In this document: positions 20,887 through 28,397 of the stretch, in pieces
Layout of the letters: each line of letters starts with the position of its first letter
Position numbering within the stretch: the stretch's first letter is position 1
Assembly: GCA_021776115.1 (NCBI GenBank)
Contig: JAJFGN010000042.1
Location: 15,000 to 78,999, forward strand
Reading direction: 5' to 3'
Length of the DNA: 64,000 bases
DNA from: Kiloniellaceae bacterium
Lineage (GTDB): Bacteria > Pseudomonadota > Alphaproteobacteria > Kiloniellales > J153
Translations under genes and position numbers: made by a program
Notes under the pieces: model-generated
Told to the model about the DNA's origin: nothing
Databases searched by the model: none
Seen by the model: only the letters and a program-made list of their open reading frames with translations

Positions 20887-22137
20887 ATGAGCCGCAGCAC
20901 TGGCCGCAATTTTCTTTTCGTTCCGGGACCGACCAACATTCCCGACCGGGTGCAGCGCGCCATGATCGTCGCGATGGAGGACCACCGTTCAACCAGGTTC
21001 CCGGACCTTTCGATGAGCGTGTTGAGCGACCTGAAGAAGGTGTTCAAGACGGACGAGGGGCAGGTCTTCATTTTTCCTTCCTCCGGCACCGGCGCCTGGG
21101 AGGCCGCCCTGACCAATACCCTCTCGCCGGGAGACAAGGTTCTCGCGTCGAGCTTCGGCCAGTTCAGCCACCTATGGATCGACATGGCGCAGCGTCTCGG
21201 CTTCGACGTCGTGGTTCAGGAGGTCGAGTGGGGCGAGGGCGTGCCGCTCGAGTGGACCGACGAGGTGCTGCGCGCCGACAGTAAGCACGAGATCAAGGCG
21301 ATCCTGGCCTGTCACAACGAAACCGCGACCGGCGTGACCAGCGACATCGCCGGGTTGCGCCGGGTGATGGACGGCGCCGGCCACCCGGCCCTGCTCTGCG
21401 TGGACGCGGTGAGCTCGCTCGCCAGCATCGATTTCCGCATGGAAGAGTGGCGCGTCGACCTTGCCGTCAGCGGCTCGCAGAAGGGGCTAATGCTGCCGGC
21501 CGGGTTGGGCATCCTGGCGGTCAGCCAGAAGGCCCTGGAGGCGAGGAAGAGTGCCGAATCGAAGCGCTGCTACTTCGATCTCGCCGACATGATCGCCGCC
21601 AACGCGAGCGGTTACTTTCCTTACACCCCGGCCCTGCCCATGCTCTACGGCCTGCGCGAGGCCCTCGACATCATTTTCGAGGAGGGGCTCGAGGACATCT
21701 TCTCGCGCCACCACTATCTCGCGGAGGGGGTGCGCGCGGCGGTCACCGAGGGCTGGGGGCTGTCGCTCTGCGCCAAGGAGCCCAAGTGGTACTCCGACAC
21801 CGTGAGCGCGGCGATCGTGCCGGAGGGGATCAACGGCGCCCATGTCATCGACGTGGCGTTCCGGCGCTACAACCTCGCGCTCGGCGCGGGGCTTTCCAAG
21901 GTCGCCGGCAAGGTGTTCCGCATCGGCCACCTGGGCGACCTCAACGAGCTCATGTTGATGGGCGCCATCGCCGGCGCGGAGATGGCGATGCTCGACGTCG
22001 GCGTTGACGTGAAGCCGGGCAGCGGCGTCGCCGCGGCCTCGACCTACTGGCGCGGCCACGACCCGGTTCCCAAGCGCAAGGTCTCCAAGGAAGAGCAGTT
22101 CTACGAGTCCCACTCGACGGGCTCGGTTCAGGGCTGA
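20887..22137 (+). CDS. Class V aminotransferase (serine-glyoxylate / alanine-glyoxylate type)
   Basis: NFLFVPGPTNIPDRVQRAM N-terminus, SGSQKGLMLPAGLG PLP-lysine block, and RIGHLGDLN near the C-terminus. Confidence 0.85.
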   Translation: MSRSTGRNFLFVPGPTNIPDRVQRAMIVAMEDHRSTRFPDLSMSVLSDLKKVFKTDEGQVFIFPSSGTGAWEAALTNTLSPGDKVLASSFGQFSHLWIDMAQRLGFDVVVQEVEWGEGVPLEWTDEVLRADSKHEIKAILACHNETATGVTSDIAGLRRVMDGAGHPALLCVDAVSSLASIDFRMEEWRVDLAVSGSQKGLMLPAGLGILAVSQKALEARKSAESKRCYFDLADMIAANASGYFPYTPALPMLYGLREALDIIFEEGLEDIFSRHHYLAEGVRAAVTEGWGLSLCAKEPKWYSDTVSAAIVPEGINGAHVIDVAFRRYNLALGAGLSKVAGKVFRIGHLGDLNELMLMGAIAGAEMAMLDVGVDVKPGSGVAAASTYWRGHDPVPKRKVSKEEQFYESHSTGSVQG

Positions 22138-22262
22138 CCTCCCTGGCCGCTTTTCCGGCGTCTCCGGTTTTCTGTGCCCGATAGGAGCCAGAGGGGAGAC
22201 CGTTTCACCCCCGCGCCGCACCGCCATCGGTAAGACGGCCGCCACCCCTTGATCGCTCCGCT

Positions 22263-22463
22263 TTATGCGGCTTTCGATTTTCCCGGAGCGTCGGCAAGCC
22301 TTCCTTCCCGATCCCGGAGGTCACCGTCGGGTTTGCCGTCGCGACGGCGCTTGGCGCGCATTTCGGCCGCCATGCATTTCAGGCAATTCAGGTGTCCGCA
22401 CGAGCCATAGTTTTCGGAGAAAAGTGTAAAGCAGCGCCGGGTGCATTGTTCAAGTGTGGGCAT
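22263..22463 (-). CDS. Small Cys-rich hypothetical protein (66 aa)
   Basis: GAGGAG lies 8 nt upstream of the ATG. Five Cys in the first 30 residues (C-x3-C ... C-x4-C-x2-C), followed by a basic tail. No family recognised. Confidence 0.4.
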   Translation of the reverse strand: MPTLEQCTRRCFTLFSENYGSCGHLNCLKCMAAEMRAKRRRDGKPDGDLRDREGRLADAPGKSKAA

Positions 22464-22752
22464 CGATCGGTCTCCTCTGCTGAGGCAAGATCACGAATCA
22501 TGCCTCGAAGAAACGCCCCACCTGTCGCGCAGCTTTTAACAAGAAACTTTGGTGCGCGGAATGTCTGTTACACGTCTGACATCAAGTTAGATTATAGTTG
22601 AAATAGATTAAATTGCGGTAAATATTTTATTAAACGCCGCCTTAGTGCGAGCTCCGGGCGAATTCCAGGGACATATTACTTAGGTACGCTTGCGTGTCCT
22701 CGTTGCGGCCAAGGAGGCGCCGGATATACGATCCGGCGCCCCCCGCAACCCC

Positions 22753-23916
22753 CTACATCTTGCAATCGCCTGCGTAGGCGTCCTGGTGATCCTTGAACGC
22801 GGTGGCGACGATCTTGTTGGTTAGGGTGTCGCCTTCCTTGACCACCTGGCGGACGTAGATGTCTTGGATCGGGTGGTTGTTGTTGCCGAAGCGGAAAGCG
22901 CCGCGTACTGAGTCGAACTTGGCGGCCTTGAGTGCGGCGCGGAAGGCGTCCTTGTCGCTGGCCATGCCGCCGGTCGCCTTGAGCGCGCTGCCGATCAGGC
23001 GGGCGGCGTCGTAGCCTTGGCTGGCGTAGAGCGAGGGCGGGCGGCCGTAGGCTTTCTGGAAGTCGGCGACGAAGGCCTTGTTGGCCGCGTTGTCGATGTC
23101 CTTGTTCCACTGCGAGGAGTTGATGACCCCCAGCGCCGCGTCGCCGACCGCGCCCAGGATCGTCTGGTCGAAGGAGAAGGCCGGACCGAAGACCGGGATC
23201 GCGCCGGTTAGGCCCGCCTGGTCGAACTGCTTCAGGAAGCTGATGCCCATGCCGCCGGGCAGGAAGAAGAACACCGCGTCCGGCTTGGCGTCGCGCAACG
23301 CCGCGATCTCGGCGGCGTAGTCCTTCTGGCCCAGCTTGGTATAAACCTCACCCGCGACACCGCCGGTGTAAAAGCGCTTGAAACCCTTGAGCGCATCCTT
23401 ACCGGCGGGATAGTTCGGGGCCATGATATAGACCTTCTTGAAGCCCTTATCGTTGACGTATTGGCCCACCGCCTCGTGCAAATTGTCGTTCTGCCAGGCG
23501 ACGTTGAAGTAGTTGGCGTTGCAGCCCTTGCCCGCGAGCAGGGACGGGCCGGCGTTGGGGCTGATGTAGAAGGCACCGGCGCGGGTCACCTTGGGTACCA
23601 CCGCGATCGCCAGGTTCGACCACACGATGCCGGTCAGAATGTCGGCCTTGTCGCGCTCCAGCATCCGGGTCGCCAACTCGACCGCCTTTTCCGGTTTGCG
23701 ACCGTCGTCCTCGACGATTAGCTCAACCGCCTGGCCGCCGAGTTTGCCGCCTTCCTGGTCGATCGCGAGCTGAAAGCCATCGCGGATGGCAATGCCCAGG
23801 GCGCTGCCGCCGCCGGAAAGCGTGGTGATCATGCCGATCTTGACCGGCTCCGCCGCCAGCGTGGGCGCGGCCAGAATGGCGCTCAACGCCGCAAGTACAA
23901 GTATCCGCGATTTCAT
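22753..23916 (-). CDS. ABC transporter substrate-binding protein, Leu/Ile/Val-binding (LivK/type 1 PBP) family
   Basis: Start taken at MKSRILVLAALSAILAAPTLAAEPVKIGMITTLSGGGSALG (ATG 23916). The longer ORF to 24162 reads through a palindromic repeat element. Confidence 0.9.
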   Translation of the reverse strand: MKSRILVLAALSAILAAPTLAAEPVKIGMITTLSGGGSALGIAIRDGFQLAIDQEGGKLGGQAVELIVEDDGRKPEKAVELATRMLERDKADILTGIVWSNLAIAVVPKVTRAGAFYISPNAGPSLLAGKGCNANYFNVAWQNDNLHEAVGQYVNDKGFKKVYIMAPNYPAGKDALKGFKRFYTGGVAGEVYTKLGQKDYAAEIAALRDAKPDAVFFFLPGGMGISFLKQFDQAGLTGAIPVFGPAFSFDQTILGAVGDAALGVINSSQWNKDIDNAANKAFVADFQKAYGRPPSLYASQGYDAARLIGSALKATGGMASDKDAFRAALKAAKFDSVRGAFRFGNNNHPIQDIYVRQVVKEGDTLTNKIVATAFKDHQDAYAGDCKM

Positions 23917-24026
23917 GGTCTTCACTCCCTGTTTTAACCTTTTACCCGAAGAATCGCCTCGAGATTGAGGCGATCCTAGCGTAAGCCGAAGGCGGGCGCC
24001 ACACCCGGTGGGTGGCTCCGCCAACC

Positions 24027-24137
24027 GAACCTCTCCTCGTCCTTCGACAGGCTCAGGATGAGGAGAGGTTCTCGTGCCTTCGGACTGGCCAGACGAGCGT
24101 TGTTGCACCCTCATCCTGAGCTTGTCGAAGGACGAGG
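24027..24137. repeat. Nested palindromic REP/MITE-like element
   Basis: 29-bp inverted repeat: cctcgtccttcgacaggctcaggatgagg (24035-24063) against 24109-24137, with 1 mismatch. There is also a local 12-bp stem, gaacctctcctc (24027-24038) with gaggagaggttc (24060-24071). Confidence 0.7.
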
Positions 24138-24169
24138 GTGACGAAGAGGGTGCGCTTAGCACCCGGGGC

Positions 24170-24412
24170 TCAGGCGAAGGCTTTGAAGGCGATGATCGTG
24201 AAGGTGTCCTTGACCCCCTTGAGGGTCTGGAGGTGCTCGGTCACGAAGTGGCCGATGTCCTGATCGTCCGGCAGATAGCACTTGATCAGCAGGTCGTACT
24301 CGCCCGAGGTCGAGTGCACCTCCGAGACCTGCTCGATCGATTGGACCGCCTCGTCCGCGACCTTGTAGGCCCGGCCGAGTTCGCATTTCGTCATCACGAA
24401 GATCGTTTGCAT
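24170..24412 (-). CDS. Stand-alone Lrp/AsnC-type ligand-binding (RAM) domain protein, 80 aa
   Basis: MQTIFVMTKCELGRAYKVADEAVQSIEQVSEVHSTSGEYDLLIKCYLPDDQDIGHFV... has the typical small AsnC-fold layout without an HTH. Confidence 0.7.
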   Translation of the reverse strand: MQTIFVMTKCELGRAYKVADEAVQSIEQVSEVHSTSGEYDLLIKCYLPDDQDIGHFVTEHLQTLKGVKDTFTIIAFKAFA

Positions 24413-25016
24413 GAGGGACGCCCGCTCTCGCTGAAGATACCTGGGTCCGATGATAATGCATCCGCGAGGCGTGCCAACGCCTCATTGGCGCGGCGCCGGG
24501 GGACTGAATCGAAATAACACCCCCGAAAGGGGCGGCACGTTCCAGCTTGCCGAGGCTGCGGTATCGCGTGCTCTGTTCGCGCGCGTCCTGGGCTTGACTG
24601 CAGGTCTGCGCGCGTCGTCGCCAAAACCAACATGACGAAGCGCGTCAGGATGAGCGAGATCGTTCAGCAGACGAAGTGCGCCAAGCCACGGGTGAATCAT
24701 GCCTGGATTGCTGATTTCGTCGCCATAAACGGCCATGGGGCGAAAATTACGACAAATGTGACCTGGGTCAATGTTTCGATTGGCGAGTTGTGGTTGCTGT
24801 TTCAAATACCGGAAGTGCTATTTGGGAAATATCGGCTGACATGATTCGATATGTCACGGTTCCCTTCTCAGTCAAATGATTTTGATAAGGGAGCGGTACG
24901 GTCCACGTAGCGCCGGATAAGCGTTGCGGCACCTTGGCATTACATCCGCGGCCCGCGCCGCCGAGGCAGTCGGTGGCGAAGCGGCACGGAAAAATCGAGG
25001 CAGGGGAGATAGGGAC

Positions 25017-28000
25017 ATGGCACGAGCATATGCATCGAGCAAGCAAGGGCGGTGTTGGGCGGGCGTTCTGTCCGTCTTTGTCGCGTTCCTAGCCTTGACC
25101 GCCTGGGCGCCCCCGGCGGGCGCGTTCGAACAGTGGTCGACGGATAGAAACACCACGAATTGCGCCGAATGCCACGGCAACTTCCGGACGAGTCCCTACA
25201 TCTCGAACAAGGACGGGGCGAACTGGGGGGACGACCTCCACGACGTGCACCGGACCACGATGCTTTCCAGCGACTGCAACACCTGCCACGTAAGCGGATC
25301 GCGGTTCCCGGTCTTTCTCGGCTCTTCTGTCGGCGGAACCGGCCTCGACCCGATCTCCTGCGCGGGATGTCACGGCCGCGCCGAGGACGCGCAGACGCAG
25401 GGTAGTGTGATAGGTACGATTGGTGCCGGCCTGCGTCAGCGGCACTGGAATGCGGGGGAAACGGGCTGTCTCGACTGCCACGACGACTCCAATCCAACCG
25501 CTTTCACGACGGTGGCTGAAAACACACCGCCGCCCTACTACTTCACGCCCGACACGGCGCATCCCAACAAGCCGACCGACGCGTGCGACGCCAACGGGAC
25601 GGAAAGCCTGTTCGGAGCCACCGGCCTGGACAACGACGGCGACCTGCTCGAGGACGGCGCCGATTCGGACTGTGTGGTGGCAGTGCCTGACATCAATCCG
25701 AACCCGGCCACGCTCGACTTTGGCGTGGTCTTTGTCTCCAACACCGGCATGCTGACGACCCAGATCGAGAATTTGGGCACCGGCGATCTCACGGTGACCG
25801 GCCTCGGCTTTGGTGCCGGAACCAGCACGGAATTCACCTTCACGGCGCCGGCCACGCCGTTTATCGTCCCCGCCGGCGGCACGCAGGCCGTGGACGTGAG
25901 CTATTCGCCTGTCGATGTGGGCCTGGATACCGGCTCTCTGGAGATCGCCAGCGACGATCCCGACGAGGCCACCGTCGCGGTTGCCCTGTCGGGGACCGGC
26001 GAGGTGGCGCCGACGCCGGACATCAACCTCGCTCCGGTGGCGTTGGACTTCGGCACGGTCTTCCTCGGTAGTTCCTCGACCTTGACCGCCGACATCCAGA
26101 ACCTGGGCAATGCCGATCTCACGGTCACCTTCACTGGTCTGTGCACCGGCACCAGCGCGGAGTTCAGCTTCACGGCGGATGCGACTCCCTTTACCGTCCC
26201 GGCGGGCGGCAGCCGACAGGTGTCGGCGACCTATACCCCGGCCGACGTGGGAACGGATACCGGCTGTCTGGAAATCGCGAGCGACGATCCGGACGAAGCC
26301 ACGGTCTTGCTCGACCTGACGGGTACCGGAGCCGCGGTGCCGATACCGGACATCAACCTGAATCCGGTGGCGCTCGACTTCGGCACGGTCACGCTCGGTA
26401 ATTCGGGCACGCTGAGTGCCGATATCCAGAACCTCGGCAGCGCCGATCTCACTGTGACCGGCATCACGCCGTCCGCAGGGACGAGCGCCGAGTACAGCTT
26501 CACCGCACCGGCCGTCCCCTTCACGGTACCGGCGGGGGGCAGTCAGGCGGTGTCGGTGACCTACACCCCGGCGGATGTCGGGGTCGATGCCGGGTCTCTG
26601 GTGATCGCCAGCGACGACCCGGACGAGCCCACGTCCGACTTGGGCTTGACGGGCGCAGGCTCTGCCGTGCCTGCACCGGACATCAATCTGAATCCGGTGG
26701 CGCTCGACTTCGGCACGGTCACGGTCGGCGATTCCTTGATGCTGACCAGCCTGGTAGAGAACCTCGGGACGGCCAACCTGGCCCTTTCGGCCATCAACCT
26801 GTGCGCCGGCACCAGCAGCGAGTTCGTTCGCGGCGGGGTGTCGACCAACATCGCACCGGGGGCAAGCACGTCAATGACCGTGACCTACAGCCCGGTCGAC
26901 GAGGGCACCGATACCGGGTGCATAGCGATATCGAGCAACGATCCCGACGAGGCCACGGTCAATCTTGACCTTGCCGGAACCGGGGCAGTCGCGGCACCGG
27001 ACATCAACGTCACACCGATGGCGCTCGACTTTGGCGCGATCACCATCGGCAACACGGCGACCCTGTCCACCCAGATTGAGAACCTCGGCGCCGCCGATCT
27101 CAGTGTAACCGGCATCGCCTTGGGTTCGGGTACCAGCACGGAGTACAGCTTCACCGCACCGGCCACGCCTTTCGTGATCCCGGCCGGCGGCAGCCAAACC
27201 GTGACGGTGTCGTACGTTCCGTTCGATCTTGGTCTGGATACGGGGTCTCTGGAGGTCACCAGCGACGATCCGGACGAAGCCACGGTCACGGTTGCCCTGT
27301 CGGGGACCGGTGAGGCGGCGCCGACGCCGGATATCAACCTGGCTCCGATGGCGTTGGATTTCGGCACGGTCGCAATCGGCAATAGCGCGTTGCGCACCGC
27401 CGACATCCAGAACCTGGGCAATGCCGATCTCACGGTCGTCTTCGTCAACCTGTGCGTCGGTACCGGTGCGGAGTTCGACTTCACGGCGGATATGACACCC
27501 TTCGTTATCCCGCCGGGCGGCACCAGGGCCGTGTCGACGACCTACACCCCGGTCGATGTCGGGACCGACACCGGTTGCCTGGAGATTCAAAGCGATGATC
27601 CGGACGAATCGGTTGTCGAACTCGGCTTGACGGGTAGCGGTATCGATCAACCTGCCTTCAAGGAGGTCAACATCAAGGTGCCGCGTGCCATCAACCTGAA
27701 GAGCCGCGGTGTCACGCCCATCAAGTTCTGGGCCGACATGGACCTCGCCATCGCCGAGGTAACCTGTGGACCGGCCCAAGCCATGCCGGAACGGCTCAAC
27801 ACGGAAGACTTCAACGACGATGGCTTTACCGACGTGATTGGCTTGTTCAAGACTCAATCGCTCGGCATTGAGCGCGGCGACCGGACGCTGATGTGCAGCG
27901 GCATACTGGTTGGCGGCACCGCATTCGAGGGAACGTCCAATGAGTTCCGAACCGTCGGCCGCGACAAGGACAAAGACGAAGACGAAGACGAAGATCGCAA

Positions 28001-28091
28001 AAAAGATAAGGACGACGAAGACGAAGATGAAGATGAAGACGAAGACGAAGACGAAGACGAAGACGAAGACGAAGACGAAGACGAAGATTGA
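25017..28091 (+). CDS. Secreted tetrahaem c-type cytochrome fused to six Ig-like (choice-of-anchor-D/ASH-like) repeats and a poly-Asp/Glu tail
   Basis: Start ATG 25017 after GGGGAGA. Signal peptide ...FLALTAWAPPAGA. Four CXXCH motifs (CAECH, CNTCH, CAGCH, CLDCH), then GLDNDGDLLEDGADSDC. Six ~110-aa repeats begin PDIN(L)xPxALDFG. A C-terminal ~130-aa domain precedes the tail DKDKDEDEDEDRKKDKDDEDEDEDEDEDEDEDEDEDEDED. Confidence 0.85.
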   Translation: MARAYASSKQGRCWAGVLSVFVAFLALTAWAPPAGAFEQWSTDRNTTNCAECHGNFRTSPYISNKDGANWGDDLHDVHRTTMLSSDCNTCHVSGSRFPVFLGSSVGGTGLDPISCAGCHGRAEDAQTQGSVIGTIGAGLRQRHWNAGETGCLDCHDDSNPTAFTTVAENTPPPYYFTPDTAHPNKPTDACDANGTESLFGATGLDNDGDLLEDGADSDCVVAVPDINPNPATLDFGVVFVSNTGMLTTQIENLGTGDLTVTGLGFGAGTSTEFTFTAPATPFIVPAGGTQAVDVSYSPVDVGLDTGSLEIASDDPDEATVAVALSGTGEVAPTPDINLAPVALDFGTVFLGSSSTLTADIQNLGNADLTVTFTGLCTGTSAEFSFTADATPFTVPAGGSRQVSATYTPADVGTDTGCLEIASDDPDEATVLLDLTGTGAAVPIPDINLNPVALDFGTVTLGNSGTLSADIQNLGSADLTVTGITPSAGTSAEYSFTAPAVPFTVPAGGSQAVSVTYTPADVGVDAGSLVIASDDPDEPTSDLGLTGAGSAVPAPDINLNPVALDFGTVTVGDSLMLTSLVENLGTANLALSAINLCAGTSSEFVRGGVSTNIAPGASTSMTVTYSPVDEGTDTGCIAISSNDPDEATVNLDLAGTGAVAAPDINVTPMALDFGAITIGNTATLSTQIENLGAADLSVTGIALGSGTSTEYSFTAPATPFVIPAGGSQTVTVSYVPFDLGLDTGSLEVTSDDPDEATVTVALSGTGEAAPTPDINLAPMALDFGTVAIGNSALRTADIQNLGNADLTVVFVNLCVGTGAEFDFTADMTPFVIPPGGTRAVSTTYTPVDVGTDTGCLEIQSDDPDESVVELGLTGSGIDQPAFKEVNIKVPRAINLKSRGVTPIKFWADMDLAIAEVTCGPAQAMPERLNTEDFNDDGFTDVIGLFKTQSLGIERGDRTLMCSGILVGGTAFEGTSNEFRTVGRDKDKDEDEDEDRKKDKDDEDEDEDEDEDEDEDEDEDEDEDED
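25686..27656 (+). repeat. Six in-frame coding repeats of 330 nt (one of 321 nt)
   Basis: Repeat starts (ccngacatcaa) are at 25686, 26016, 26346, 26676, 26997 and 27327. Confidence 0.9.
28035..28082 (+). repeat. Perfect (GAAGAC)x8 microsatellite inside a longer GAN-codon tract (27963-28088)
   Basis: Read directly from the sequence. It encodes (ED)n at the extreme C-terminus of the large cytochrome. Confidence 0.95.
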
Positions 28092-28231
28092 CCGTCGTGG
28101 CAAAAGGGGCAGGGACTGACGGCTGATGCCGGCACCGGTGTCGGGATGACCGCAAACCGCTATCGAACGGCGCATCCAACGGTCATCCCTTAGCCGGACC
28201 TTTGGGGGATCTTTCCCTTCTGACAGGCAAC

Positions 28232-28266
28232 GGGGAGGAAGCATTTGGCTTCCTCCCCCTTTTTTG
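28232..28266 (+). terminator. Rho-independent terminator of the large cytochrome gene
   Basis: 11-bp stem ggggaggaagc / gcttcctcccc with loop atttg, followed by cTTTTTTg. Confidence 0.8.
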
Positions 28267-28342
28267 TGTGCCAGGCATAGTGTTGATCTAGGGTGAGATG
28301 CCGACGCGCCACACTGGTCGCGGTCCGCGTCAAAGCATCTGA

Positions 28343-28374
28343 GTGAAAACCAAAAACGCCCCCGAAGGGGCGTT
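28343..28374 (-). terminator. Rho-independent terminator of the DEAD-box helicase gene
   Basis: The minus strand reads aacgcccc-ttcg-ggggcgtt followed by TTTTTGGTTTTC, about 24 nt after the stop codon. Confidence 0.75.
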
Positions 28375-28397
28375 CTTATCCGGCCAGGAGACCTTGC

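Noticed and set aside
23917-24162. 82-codon N-terminal extension of the amino-acid-binding protein ORF (start at 24162).
   Set aside because: The extension translates the palindromic repeat element (..SSFDKLRMRV..). The internal ATG at 23916 gives a canonical signal peptide directly.
24449-24462. GATGATAATGCATC upstream of the AsnC-fold gene, noticed as a possible Fur box.
   Set aside because: Only one GATAAT hexamer matches, and the remainder does not fit the 19-bp Fur consensus. It is more simply part of a -10 region.
25686-27656. Regularly spaced 330-bp repeats that could superficially suggest a repeat array or CRISPR.
   Set aside because: The period is far too long. The units are contiguous with no spacers, in frame, and encode Ig-like protein domains.
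28143-28189. Inverted repeat gggatgacc ... ggtcatccc downstream of the large cytochrome gene, resembling the termini of the gtcatcccggac element family.
   Set aside because: The arms are in the opposite (outward) arrangement, are only 9 bp long, and have no inner palindromes. It is possibly a remnant, but there is too little to call an element.
26871-28244. 457-aa minus-strand ORF. Similar long antisense ORFs occur at 34724-35971, 58826-60073, 19305-20372, 21487-22245 and 52380-53234.
   Set aside because: All lie opposite confidently identified genes (large cytochrome, CbcL-like gene, tig, FAD oxidoreductase, aminotransferase, nnr). All have Arg/Pro/Gly-rich composition and are shadow ORFs.
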